A stretch of 34,819 nucleotides of DNA. Source: a virus. Taxonomy: Duplodnaviria > Caudoviricetes. Every line of letters starts with the position of its first letter. Positions within the stretch are counted from its first letter, which is position 1. Made by a program: the position numbers and the translations under genes. A model generated the notes under the pieces. The model did not search any database. It was not told the origin of the DNA and saw nothing but the letters and a program-made list of their open reading frames with translations. The stretch covers positions 1 to 34,819 of the IMG/VR virus record IMGVR_UViG_3300016643_000152. The stretch is one strand, 5' to 3'. This document shows positions 7,419-15,754 of this stretch, piece by piece.

Positions 7419-7678
7419 ACGATGCAAATTACGCGGTATTAAATTACCTAACAAATGAATACGGCATAAAAGATATAAGCATTGAAGGTGTTGAGGAAGC
7501 TATTGACTTAATTTTCAACTTTAATGATTTACTGCCCACCGAGCAGCACTTGTTTAACTCTATTATGCTCCAGTCATTAGATTTTGAATGGATATCCGAA
7601 CAATTAACCAGCTATCTAATGGAAGAAGAATTAAAAAAATTGGACGCACAAAGAGAAGATTACTATGATAATAAATAA
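7415..7678 (+). CDS. Hypothetical acidic protein
   Basis: Coupled ORF in the operon. Confidence 0.6.
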   Translation: MNDANYAVLNYLTNEYGIKDISIEGVEEAIDLIFNFNDLLPTEQHLFNSIMLQSLDFEWISEQLTSYLMEEELKKLDAQREDYYDNK

Positions 7679-8090
7679 AGCAAAGGTAAAATATGCAGCT
7701 GGGCAGCCAAGAGAAGGACAGTATGGACCATCCATAAACATCCTCGTTGTATTCTCCGACGGCAAGGAAGCCAGGATATATGGTAAGCCTGGTGATCCTA
7801 TCCAATCGCTAAAGCAAGGCGATGTTATAGATGTATTGGAAGAAAAAGGAAAATTAAAATATGTGCAATCCGAACCAACTACCGAGATGGCAGTTGCGAG
7901 CATGAAAGAACATGATGCTACAAATGCGGAAAAGCCTGACCTTGCAAAGATGGTATTTGATTTGTCAACGGTATATACACAAACATACATTGACATTTAT
8001 AACAAATTAATTGAGGCAAAATTGCCGCATGAGAATGCAACTGCTGCAACTTCTACTATCTTTATACAGGTCTTTAATAAATTGAGATGA
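7665..8090 (+). CDS. Hypothetical protein, possible N-terminal OB fold
   Basis: Beta-rich N-terminus (AKVKY...GQYGPSINILV...IYG...LKQGDVIDV) plus a helical C-terminus; next to the nuclease. Confidence 0.5.
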   Translation: MIINKAKVKYAAGQPREGQYGPSINILVVFSDGKEARIYGKPGDPIQSLKQGDVIDVLEEKGKLKYVQSEPTTEMAVASMKEHDATNAEKPDLAKMVFDLSTVYTQTYIDIYNKLIEAKLPHENATAATSTIFIQVFNKLR

Positions 8091-8102
8091 ATGACTCTAT
8101 AT

Positions 8103-8129
8103 GTAGCAGCATCTGCGCTGCTACTTTTT
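8103..8129 (+). terminator. Intrinsic terminator
   Basis: GTAGCAGC/GCTGCTAC stem followed by T5. Confidence 0.7.
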
Positions 8130-8151
8130 AAAAAATTTTAAAAACTAAACA

Positions 8152-9054
8152 ATGCTTACATTACCAAAAGAACATATTTCCGTTTCCCAAGTTCAACTCT
8201 GGGAGCAAGATCCGATTGCATACCAAAAAAAATATTTTATTGGCATACCGGACAAGCCATCTCCATTCATGGATTTTGGCAAACAATTTGCAAAAGACAT
8301 AGAAGATTATAAGGCAGGTGAACAAAGGCAATTTAACTTTCCACCTCAGTTTTTAGAAACAACTAAACTATATCCCTACGTTGAATATAAACTTGAACAC
8401 GACTTTACAGATTTTAAATTTCTTGGCTTTATAGATAATATGTCGGAAGACAATGAAATTGTTGTTGACTTTAAAACTGGCACATCTCCATGGACACAGG
8501 CACGCTTGGAAGAATCATTGCAGATGCAGATTTATTCAACTATAATATTTTACCAATTCCAAGTAATACCAACTTGTTTTATCAATTACTGGCAGACACG
8601 GTTAAGAGGTAAAGAAGTGTTATGGACTGGCATTAATGAAATTTACAAACATACGTTTAACTTCCAGGAAATGGCAGCAGCAGAAATGCGAGTAAGAAGA
8701 GCGGCAAGAGAAATAAGCGAAGCGTATGACAAATATCTAAATGATGATTTAAACGAGTTGTTTAACACATATAGTGAATGGATAGCACTTGAAAAAACAG
8801 TAGTAAAGGAAAAAGAAATAATTAAAGGCAAAATATCTAATATTTTAAAGGATGAGAAATTAGCCTTAAAAGTGAATGATAAATTAATAACTTATAGCAC
8901 TTATCAAAGAAAAAGCTATCAGTTTTCTGACAATGTCCAAAACAAAGAAAGTGAACTCAAGCTGTTGCAGCTACAAGAGATAAGTAGCGGAGAGGCAATT
9001 GAAGAAAGCAAAACAGTAACGCTTATAAACGTCAAAGATGAAAGAGTGGAATAA
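8152..9054 (+). CDS. PD-(D/E)XK exonuclease (RecB/Cas4-like)
   Basis: SVSQVQLW..DP, VE, GFID, VVDFKTG, LQMQIY motifs. Confidence 0.85.
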   Translation: MLTLPKEHISVSQVQLWEQDPIAYQKKYFIGIPDKPSPFMDFGKQFAKDIEDYKAGEQRQFNFPPQFLETTKLYPYVEYKLEHDFTDFKFLGFIDNMSEDNEIVVDFKTGTSPWTQARLEESLQMQIYSTIIFYQFQVIPTCFINYWQTRLRGKEVLWTGINEIYKHTFNFQEMAAAEMRVRRAAREISEAYDKYLNDDLNELFNTYSEWIALEKTVVKEKEIIKGKISNILKDEKLALKVNDKLITYSTYQRKSYQFSDNVQNKESELKLLQLQEISSGEAIEESKTVTLINVKDERVE

Positions 9055-9448
9055 TAAAATGCTTGATATCCAAACCTTCTGCGAGGAAGTAAACGCCTGG
9101 ATAACAACTGCTCCATCTGCGGAGATGCTTGATGAGTGCGATGAATTCCTGCGACAATTATCTGCCTACTATTCAAGGTATACGGTGATTAGTGGTATTA
9201 ACGAGAGTATATATAGCCAAATGCTAATGACTTGTATTCGTGATATGCCAGAGGAAGAATATAAAAGGGTGAAACACTCCTCCACCTTAACCGACTATTA
9301 TGTCAAAGGCAAATACCCTAAAGCAACTGCCATCTTTGAGCAATGCAGAGCGGTGCAGAAATTACTGCTGGTTACGTCTGACAATTACCGGACATTGTTA
9401 AGTAGCTTTAGGCAGGAAAGAATATTGGTAAACCACATGGCAACATAA
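9038..9448 (+). CDS. Hypothetical helical protein (possibly a recombination mediator)
   Basis: Overlaps the nuclease gene; all-helical, ends RTLLSSFRQE. Function is a guess. Confidence 0.55.
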   Translation: MKEWNNKMLDIQTFCEEVNAWITTAPSAEMLDECDEFLRQLSAYYSRYTVISGINESIYSQMLMTCIRDMPEEEYKRVKHSSTLTDYYVKGKYPKATAIFEQCRAVQKLLLVTSDNYRTLLSSFRQERILVNHMAT

Positions 9449-9461
9449 AGATATTTGCAGA

Positions 9462-9682
9462 CCGCAGGACAAAGTGATGTAGGTTGTAGGTTACATTTCT
9501 TTAAAATTACACTTTGTCGCGTTAGCGGATGAATTGGCAGCCTGGAAAGACGGGTACTTACCACCCGAAGGTTGAGCAATGCTGGCACCGTGCGTTGATA
9601 AAGGGATGGAACGGTGCAATTTTAAACCATTTTGTTGACGTCACCGAAATGGTGACCATGTTCCTGACCTCAAGAAAATGAT
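9462..9682 (+). ncRNA. Multi-hairpin intergenic region upstream of thyX
   Basis: Stems 9468-9476/9510-9518, 9540-9544/9551-9555 (GAAAGA loop), 9585-9591/9611-9617 and 9626-9634/9645-9653; more GC-rich than other intergenic DNA here. Confidence 0.4.
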
Positions 9683-9693
9683 AAAAAAAACAA

Positions 9694-10335
9694 ATGAAAG
9701 TAGAATTATTAGAAATATTTGGAAATGATGACATGGTTGTTAATGCTGCCAGAGTGTCCTTCGGCAAAGAAGCAGCTAACTACTCCGAGGAAAACAATGC
9801 CAGGCTGATCAAGTACCTTGCCCAGCATAACCACACTTCGCCTTTTCGCCATCCGCAGATACAATACCGAATAACCTGCCCTATCTTTGTTGAAAGGCAG
9901 TTGTTTAAGCACCAGGTAGGTTTAACTGCTAATTCAATATCAGGCAGGTATGTTGACTTTGAAGATAATTATTACAAGATTGATAATTTTAGAATTCAAA
10001 GTAAAAGCAGCAAACAAGGCAGCGATGGAAGCTTGGAATTGACTGATAATGAAAAGGCAGAGGCTATTATGCATTTAATTATAAATTCAAGTAAAAGAGC
10101 ATATAACGATTTATTAAACTTAGGAGTAGCCAAAGAGCAAGCCAGGGCTGTGCTGCCGTTATGCCTTGAAACTAATTTTATTTGGACAGGATCATTATTA
10201 GCTTATATAAATTTATTCAAACTTAGGATTACAAGAGACACACAAGTTGAAACAATGCAAATAGCGCAAGAAATGTTGCACCAATTAAAGTTAACTAATA
10301 AATTTATTCACTCATTAAATGCATTTTACTTATGA
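9694..10335 (+). CDS. thyX: Flavin-dependent thymidylate synthase
   Basis: VVNAARVSF, HTSPFRH, PIFVERQLFKH...NSISGRY, GVAKEQARAVLP. Confidence 0.93.
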   Translation: MKVELLEIFGNDDMVVNAARVSFGKEAANYSEENNARLIKYLAQHNHTSPFRHPQIQYRITCPIFVERQLFKHQVGLTANSISGRYVDFEDNYYKIDNFRIQSKSSKQGSDGSLELTDNEKAEAIMHLIINSSKRAYNDLLNLGVAKEQARAVLPLCLETNFIWTGSLLAYINLFKLRITRDTQVETMQIAQEMLHQLKLTNKFIHSLNAFYL

Positions 10336-10679
10336 AAATAACAATTGATGATTTAATGGAAGCATCAGGAAGAGGATTAAGATACAATGAAGGTAAACTT
10401 AGATACGATTTGATCCCAGCCAAAGCAAATCAGGAATACGCCAAGGTGCTAACCAAAGGCCTTGAAAAGTATCCACCTAACAACTGGGAGAAAGGAATGC
10501 CCTGGACAGAAGTAATTGCCTCCGCAATGAGGCACTTGGAAGCCATACGACTTGGCGAGGACATTGACCAGGAGAGCGGACTATTACACGCTGCACACCT
10601 GCAATGCAATGCGGCAATGTTGACTGAATATTATTTTACTAAAAAAGAATTTGATAACCGTAAAAAATACGACAAATGA
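10332..10679 (+). CDS. dATP/dGTP diphosphohydrolase-domain protein (DUF5664)
   Basis: RYNEGKLRYDLIP, G..KY...NWEKG, SAMRHL, D.ESGLLH.AH..CN. Confidence 0.85.
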   Translation: MKITIDDLMEASGRGLRYNEGKLRYDLIPAKANQEYAKVLTKGLEKYPPNNWEKGMPWTEVIASAMRHLEAIRLGEDIDQESGLLHAAHLQCNAAMLTEYYFTKKEFDNRKKYDK

Positions 10680-11215
10680 TTTTAACCGACCACACCATCA
10701 TTGATGAGATGAACGAAGGCAACATTAAAATTATGCCTTACAATCCTGCAAATCTTGGCACCAATTCCTATGATTTAACTCTTTCAAATACATTGGTATT
10801 ATATACAGATAGGGTATTAGATGTAAAAAAGAAGAACCCATCCGCTCCAATGATTATCCCTGCTGAAGGAATTATTCTTCAGCCTAATATGCTATATCTT
10901 GCATCTACGATTGAATATACCGAAACTTTGCGTCATGTGCCGGTAATACAAGGAAAGTCATCATTGGGAAGATTAGGCTTATTTGTCCATGTAACGGCTG
11001 GATTTGGCGATGTAGGCTTTAAAGGGCATTGGACATTAGAACTTGTTTGCGTGCAACCTATTCGCATCTATGCAGGGATGAAAATCGCACAGTTAGTGTA
11101 CAATGACATCAGCGAGATGCCAAAAATAAGCTATGACAAGAAAGTTGATGCAAAATACGCTAACCAAGGAGTTGATCCGCAACCATCACGTTATCACAAA
11201 AACAAAATAATATGA
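10676..11215 (+). CDS. dcd: dCTP deaminase
   Basis: NSYDLTL, GKSSLGRLGL.VH.TAGFGDVGFKG.WTLEL, GMKIAQL. Confidence 0.92.
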   Translation: MILTDHTIIDEMNEGNIKIMPYNPANLGTNSYDLTLSNTLVLYTDRVLDVKKKNPSAPMIIPAEGIILQPNMLYLASTIEYTETLRHVPVIQGKSSLGRLGLFVHVTAGFGDVGFKGHWTLELVCVQPIRIYAGMKIAQLVYNDISEMPKISYDKKVDAKYANQGVDPQPSRYHKNKII

Positions 11216-11331
11216 CACAGAAAGAAGAAAAACTATTTTTAATTTCAGTTAGAAAAATCATTGTCACTATTGGCGGAGTGTTAACTGCCGCCTGGATTAT
11301 TTACTATTTATACGACTTGTTATGGAAGTAG
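11212..11331 (+). CDS. 39-aa single-pass membrane protein (not in ORF track)
   Basis: MTQKEEKLFLISVRKIIVTIGGVLTAAWIIYYLYDLLWK; ATGA-coupled to dcd and overlapping the next start. Confidence 0.65.
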   Translation: MTQKEEKLFLISVRKIIVTIGGVLTAAWIIYYLYDLLWK

Positions 11332-11513
11332 AAATGAAAAAGTATATGATTCAGTATGAAAATGGCAACAAAGTACTGGTGAGCGCAAACAACTTGGAAG
11401 AGGCATTGGAAGAATTTAAGGCACTAAGAATTGAAACGGCAACAAAAGAGATACGAGTATTAAGCAATTACGAAGTATATCACAAGCATAAGAAAGAAAA
11501 TAACGACGGTTAA
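11322..11513 (+). CDS. Hypothetical protein
   Basis: Last ORF before a terminator. Confidence 0.6.
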   Translation: MEVEMKKYMIQYENGNKVLVSANNLEEALEEFKALRIETATKEIRVLSNYEVYHKHKKENNDG

Positions 11514-11539
11514 TGTGTGCATAGTAAATGTTTTGTCAG

Positions 11540-11570
11540 GTGCGGAGAATTGTATCCGCACTTTTTTTTT
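11540..11570 (+). terminator. Intrinsic terminator
   Basis: GTGCGGA/TCCGCAC stem followed by T9. Confidence 0.85.
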
Positions 11571-11611
11571 AAATTATTTTTATAAAAATATACATTGTAT
11601 TTAATTTATAT

Positions 11612-11619
11612 TATTTTTG
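11612..11619 (+). promoter_or_regulatory. Bacteroidota -7 promoter box
   Basis: TATTTTTG in the same context as 6732-6739. Confidence 0.6.
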
Positions 11620-11650
11620 TTCTATTAAATCACTAAACAAACACATTATC

Positions 11651-12535
11651 ATGAAAAAGAATTTTAACAATCAGAAATTTGAATGGCTATTTGATGACAT
11701 TACATCTTCAATGCCTAAAATTATTTTTGTAGGTATTATTTTAACCTACGCCATTACCGCAGCGTTAAACGTGTATTTTTTACCGCTTCCGCTTTTGCTT
11801 TCCATTCCTGCAAGCATTATGCTCCAGTTTGGCAGGTTTGCCATCGTTTTCATTGACTTTTTAAACCCATCAACAAAACGCTCACCTTATCCGCCAAAGG
11901 TTGCTGCCATTGCTACTGTAATAGCATTGTTAGAATTATGGTTTTCAATTCAAGGCCAAGCACAAGGTGCTGAATTTTACGCTATGTTTTTCTTTATCGG
12001 TACAATTATCTGCTTTGGTTATGTGTTGGAGATACAATTCATTGACAAGGGCATAGAAGCGTATGGTATTGGCGTAAAACAACCAAGAAGGCGCAATGTA
12101 TCTAAGGCGAAGGAAAACACCGTTAAAATGAACGCTACAACGTCTCAGCCTATTAAATTTACGATGGCCGTATGTTTTGTATTATCCGTAACTATGGCAA
12201 CTGCCCAGGAAAACCATTTTATGGCATACAACTATATGAGCCTTGAAAAGATTGGAGGCAATAGACTAGAAAGGACTTATTATGATGTCATTGAAGAAAA
12301 GCATTTTATTGACACTATTACGACAGATTACCTTGATTCATGGAATTTTTGGGATGGCTATTCAAGGACATCTATGGATAATGATTTATTTATGACATTT
12401 GGAACGCAGACAATGAAGTATAATAAGGCATTGCAATTGTGGTATTATGACAGAAAATACTACGATTATCCAGGCCTTTTAAAATTTCTTTGTAAATATG
12501 TAAAAAGAAATTTCACAAATAAAGAAATAGAATGA
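11651..12535 (+). CDS. Multi-pass membrane protein with a C-terminal, probably exported, domain
   Basis: Four hydrophobic segments, a basic linker, then signal-peptide-like IKFTMAVCFVLSVTMATA-QE and an aromatic-rich domain. Confidence 0.65.
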   Translation: MKKNFNNQKFEWLFDDITSSMPKIIFVGIILTYAITAALNVYFLPLPLLLSIPASIMLQFGRFAIVFIDFLNPSTKRSPYPPKVAAIATVIALLELWFSIQGQAQGAEFYAMFFFIGTIICFGYVLEIQFIDKGIEAYGIGVKQPRRRNVSKAKENTVKMNATTSQPIKFTMAVCFVLSVTMATAQENHFMAYNYMSLEKIGGNRLERTYYDVIEEKHFIDTITTDYLDSWNFWDGYSRTSMDNDLFMTFGTQTMKYNKALQLWYYDRKYYDYPGLLKFLCKYVKRNFTNKEIE

Positions 12536-13020
12536 AGTATGTAGGCATTGATCCCGCCATGCGCCTAAACGGCTTGGCAGTATGCGTAATAGATGATAAT
12601 AAAGTGTATTTTGGAAAGTATAAAAACCTTGCAGCCTGGATAATGGATAGTTTAAATTATGACAAAGACATTGCCGTGATTGTGGAAGATAGTAGCTTAC
12701 AAAATATTACCTTTCGTAAACACGCTAATGTCAAGGCTTCCAATAAAATTAGCCGCAACGTCGGGATGAATCAATGTGCAAGCAGAATAATTATAGATTT
12801 ATTAACTTTGAATGGACATAGAGTGACCGGTATATCTCCACAGCAGAAGGGCAGTAAATGGACATTAGACTTTTGTATGTCTGTAATAAAAGGATGCAAA
12901 TTGGAGGTACACGGAAATAAAAAGCTATCTCAAGATGAAATAGACGCTTTTACTCTTGCCCTTCATGCTAAAACATTTTACAATGATGCAAGAACTGGTT
13001 ATAAAAAAAAGAATCCATAA
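12532..13020 (+). CDS. RuvC-like Holliday junction resolvase
   Basis: YVGIDPA..GLAV, VIVE, DEIDAF.LA RNase H-fold acidic residues. Confidence 0.8.
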   Translation: MKYVGIDPAMRLNGLAVCVIDDNKVYFGKYKNLAAWIMDSLNYDKDIAVIVEDSSLQNITFRKHANVKASNKISRNVGMNQCASRIIIDLLTLNGHRVTGISPQQKGSKWTLDFCMSVIKGCKLEVHGNKKLSQDEIDAFTLALHAKTFYNDARTGYKKKNP

Positions 13021-13144
13021 ACTACAACAGTTGCAGATGGAGGAGACATTGAGAAAAAAGAAAGATTATTATTTTCTTGACCTTTTAAAGGAAAGAATAA
13101 AACAAGAACAAACTAAACTAACACTTTTAAAAATAGGACAATGA
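12983..13144 (+). CDS. Hypothetical coiled-coil protein
   Basis: In-frame ATG at 12983; ATGA-coupled to the next gene. Confidence 0.5.
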   Translation: MMQELVIKKRIHKLQQLQMEETLRKKKDYYFLDLLKERIKQEQTKLTLLKIGQ

Positions 13145-13419
13145 GCAACTTAACTAAAAAAGAAGAACAATATCTTGAGGAAATGTACCATAAATTTCCT
13201 AAACCTATAAGGTTCAATAATGTTATTCAAACTAATATGGGATTATTGCAATTTTATAATTCTAAAAACGACAAAGGAAATCCTTTTTATATTTATATGT
13301 CAAAACAACGAATGGCATCTATTTTATATCAAATCATTAATAGTAACCATGAAAAGGATGATGTAAAAAAGAAGGCAGAATTAATGTTTAAAAAGATAAA
13401 CACAGGGAGTGTTTGTTAA
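13141..13419 (+). CDS. Hypothetical protein
   Basis: Last + strand ORF before the convergence point. Confidence 0.6.
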   Translation: MSNLTKKEEQYLEEMYHKFPKPIRFNNVIQTNMGLLQFYNSKNDKGNPFYIYMSKQRMASILYQIINSNHEKDDVKKKAELMFKKINTGSVC

Positions 13420-13439
13420 TTAGTGGTTTTCCAAATTTG

Positions 13440-13469
13440 AGCCGCAGGTACATTACTTGCGGCTTTTTT
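13440..13469 (+). terminator. Terminator at the convergence of the early and late arms
   Basis: AGCCGCAGGTA/TACTTGCGGCT stem followed by a T run. Confidence 0.8.
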
Positions 13470-13472
13470 ATT

Positions 13473-14132
13473 TTACCACTCAACACCCTGCTCAATGGCG
13501 TATTCAAGAATACCTTTAGCGTGTGCTTTTGCAATGGTTTCCTGCCACTCTTTATCTATCATCAACAATGCATCCTGATAATTGGTAAAGAAGCCATTCT
13601 CCGTTAACACGGCTGGCATAGCAGTATTTTTAATTATTTGAAAATTTGCTTCCCGATCCAAATCGCCATCCGTTCTATCAGTTCTATGCACCCAGCTTGG
13701 CGTAGCCTTTATTACCTCATTACCTATAAATGTCGCTAATTTATCTGACTTTGTCTCTCCTGGTGTTGTAAATATCTCCCAGCCTCTTGCCTTTGTTGAC
13801 TCAGCAGCATTGCCATGTATGGAAACAAGGATAGAGGATTGAGCTAATGTTTTATAACTGTTGGCAAGTTGGCAGCGTTTATTTAGCGTTGTGTCATTTA
13901 TATCATCATATATCTTTTTTACTTGGAAGCCATAATCAAGCAAATAATTATATAAATAGTTAGCCAATGACCTGTTAAATACACCTTCAAAAAACCAACC
14001 GTAGCCATGAAAATTACCTTGCCTATGGTGAAAGCATTTAGATGGGTAAGTTGTGTATTTATCAGCACCAACGCCAGGCCTTAAGCCACCATGCCCTGCA
14101 TCAAGGCATATTAAAAATTCATTGGGTTTCAT
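13473..14132 (-). CDS. Endolysin, N-acetylmuramoyl-L-alanine amidase (Amidase_3)
   Basis: LDAGHGG, E, VSIHGNA, RGWEIF, PAVLTENGFFTN. Confidence 0.92.
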   Translation of the reverse strand: MKPNEFLICLDAGHGGLRPGVGADKYTTYPSKCFHHRQGNFHGYGWFFEGVFNRSLANYLYNYLLDYGFQVKKIYDDINDTTLNKRCQLANSYKTLAQSSILVSIHGNAAESTKARGWEIFTTPGETKSDKLATFIGNEVIKATPSWVHRTDRTDGDLDREANFQIIKNTAMPAVLTENGFFTNYQDALLMIDKEWQETIAKAHAKGILEYAIEQGVEW

Positions 14133-14959
14133 TCGGCAAATTGAAAATTATAATGTAATTGGTTTACCTTATCAATGGTGTATTTCATCCATATACCTGC
14201 ACCTGCTTTAGGAGATAAACCTTTTTCAACGGCATAACCATTGAAATTAATAGGTGCATTTTGATAAGTGCCTGTTTTGATATGCCATTGCTGGTCAATT
14301 TTTTCCCCATATCTACCAATTCGATTTCGTGTAATTGGAACAATCCATCTATCATGCGTATGTCCGCTTATAATAACGTTGCAGTCGGGAAGATATACGG
14401 CTTTTCTATTAGTTTGAATGACATCTCGTGTTACTGGTCCACCACCACCATACCCATGATGATATCCTATTATTAAAGGATATTTTGCGCCTTCTTCAAA
14501 ATTGCTAAAAAATCTACAATATATATATCCTGAATAATTTCCCTGAGACATTTCCAAATGACTACAAATCTTATCAACAATGCCATACTCTATACGCTTT
14601 TCAACGCTTGTCTCATGGTTGCCTGGGGAATAAAAGGCAAGGATAGATTTATAAGGTGTAAGAAATTCCACCACATCTTTAATCACTTCATCAATGTATT
14701 TGGCAGAGTTGTATTTCGGATTAAGGTCAGCCTTATTGCTGCGAGGATCGTACTTTCCTTGCATCAAATCCAGCAAATCACCAAAAATAAATACTAAAGC
14801 ATTCCTTTCCATTGCAAGGTCAAGATGTTCTTTCAACTTTGCCCTGTCGCAATGTACACTATCTAAATGAACGTCAGAAATAAATAATAAATATCTGTCT
14901 TTGCCATAAACCTGGTAATCTTTAAATTCAAATGTATTCGGAAAAATCTTTGTTAACAT
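14129..14959 (-). CDS. Calcineurin-like metallophosphoesterase
   Basis: ISDVH, GDLLD, GNHE, HHG, GHTH motifs. Start set at MLTKIF (ATG 14959), below the hairpin. Confidence 0.85.
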   Translation of the reverse strand: MLTKIFPNTFEFKDYQVYGKDRYLLFISDVHLDSVHCDRAKLKEHLDLAMERNALVFIFGDLLDLMQGKYDPRSNKADLNPKYNSAKYIDEVIKDVVEFLTPYKSILAFYSPGNHETSVEKRIEYGIVDKICSHLEMSQGNYSGYIYCRFFSNFEEGAKYPLIIGYHHGYGGGGPVTRDVIQTNRKAVYLPDCNVIISGHTHDRWIVPITRNRIGRYGEKIDQQWHIKTGTYQNAPINFNGYAVEKGLSPKAGAGIWMKYTIDKVNQLHYNFQFAE

Positions 14960-14980
14960 CGTTGTAATTTTTTTTTTGAA

Positions 14981-15005
14981 GGGAGACACAACAAGTGCAT
15001 CTCCC
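14981..15005 (-). other. mRNA stem-loop without a U-tract
   Basis: GGGAGATGCA/TGTGTCTCCC with G-U pairs on the - strand, followed by an A tract. Confidence 0.55.
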
Positions 15006-15035
15006 CCGGCACAAAGGTAGCGAACCAAATAAAGC

Positions 15036-15329
15036 CTATAACTTAAAGCCTATAAGGGCAAAAGCTGCGCTGATTAAACCAAGCTTGGCAGGTAATTGAA
15101 CTTCAATTTCTTTGCCTGCACATTCTTTTGATGTTTCTTTAATTTTGTTCCAAATTATTTGCGCAAGTTGTACATACTCGCGCCATGTGAATTTAACCTT
15201 GTTGCCTTCCAAATGAACATTGATTTCACTTGCCAGCTCGGCAAAATTCATTGAGTAGCAAGCAATGTCTCCAATAGGTGATTTTGGAGTATTTGCTAAC
15301 TTTAAAGCTTCTTTTAAATTTGTTTCCAT
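15036..15329 (-). CDS. Hypothetical lysis-cassette protein with a hydrophobic C-terminus
   Basis: Directly downstream of the holin; ends LGLISAAFALIGFKL. Confidence 0.6.
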   Translation of the reverse strand: METNLKEALKLANTPKSPIGDIACYSMNFAELASEINVHLEGNKVKFTWREYVQLAQIIWNKIKETSKECAGKEIEVQLPAKLGLISAAFALIGFKL

Positions 15330-15340
15330 GTTTATTTGTT

Positions 15341-15745
15341 TTAACGTCTAAAAATTCTTAATATGAATGTACCGAGATTTACGCCAGTAATTTTTTTTAC
15401 ATTTTCGGAAATGCTTGTCAATTCAACGACTGCTATCATAGAAGCAACCATGTAGCTTATGTTTAAAGGAATTGAGAAAGTTTGTTTTGCTCCTTCAAAT
15501 ATTAAGATTGACAAAAAATATACAATTATTTTTTCTATTGTGCGATACAATCCCCTTGAATTAATTTCGATAGCTTGTTTTTTGCTTGCAAGCACTCCGC
15601 TAATTGTATCAGCAAATACCACAAATGTTGTAAAAAGCAAAAAACCTTTTATCGGTATAAAAAAGGAAGCTACAAAACCACAACATAATGAAAATGCAAT
15701 TGATTCGTATCCTTGTCTGAGAAGATTAATTATTATTGTTTTCAT
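15341..15745 (-). CDS. Holin (Phage_holin_4-like)
   Basis: Several TM segments; DTISG..AS...SRGL..TIEK...ELTSISEN pattern. Confidence 0.85.
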   Translation of the reverse strand: MKTIIINLLRQGYESIAFSLCCGFVASFFIPIKGFLLFTTFVVFADTISGVLASKKQAIEINSRGLYRTIEKIIVYFLSILIFEGAKQTFSIPLNISYMVASMIAVVELTSISENVKKITGVNLGTFILRIFRR

Positions 15746-15754
15746 CGGTTGTTG

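Noticed and set aside
8152-9054. CRISPR-Cas system from the Cas4-like nuclease
   Set aside because: No repeat-spacer array or other cas genes, and the Fe-S cysteine set is not evident.
9449-9693. tRNA or hammerhead ribozyme in the long intergenic region
   Set aside because: No T-loop TTCRA cloverleaf and no CTGATGA core found by eye.
10332-10679. 2-aminoadenine (Z) genome system suggested by the dATP/dGTP diphosphohydrolase domain
   Set aside because: No purZ or phage DNA polymerase in the window. The domain is widespread on its own and here sits in an ordinary thyX/dcd cluster.
477-11215. T4-like DNA hypermodification (glycosyltransferase plus nucleotide enzymes)
   Set aside because: No ThyA-like hydroxymethylase, TET/JBP oxygenase, kinase or polymerase seen, and the glycosyltransferases lie in the late structural unit. 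Not fully excluded without nucleoside analysis.
14960-15028. Upstream start for the metallophosphoesterase
   Set aside because: It spans a stem-loop and an A tract; ATG 14959 is more plausible.
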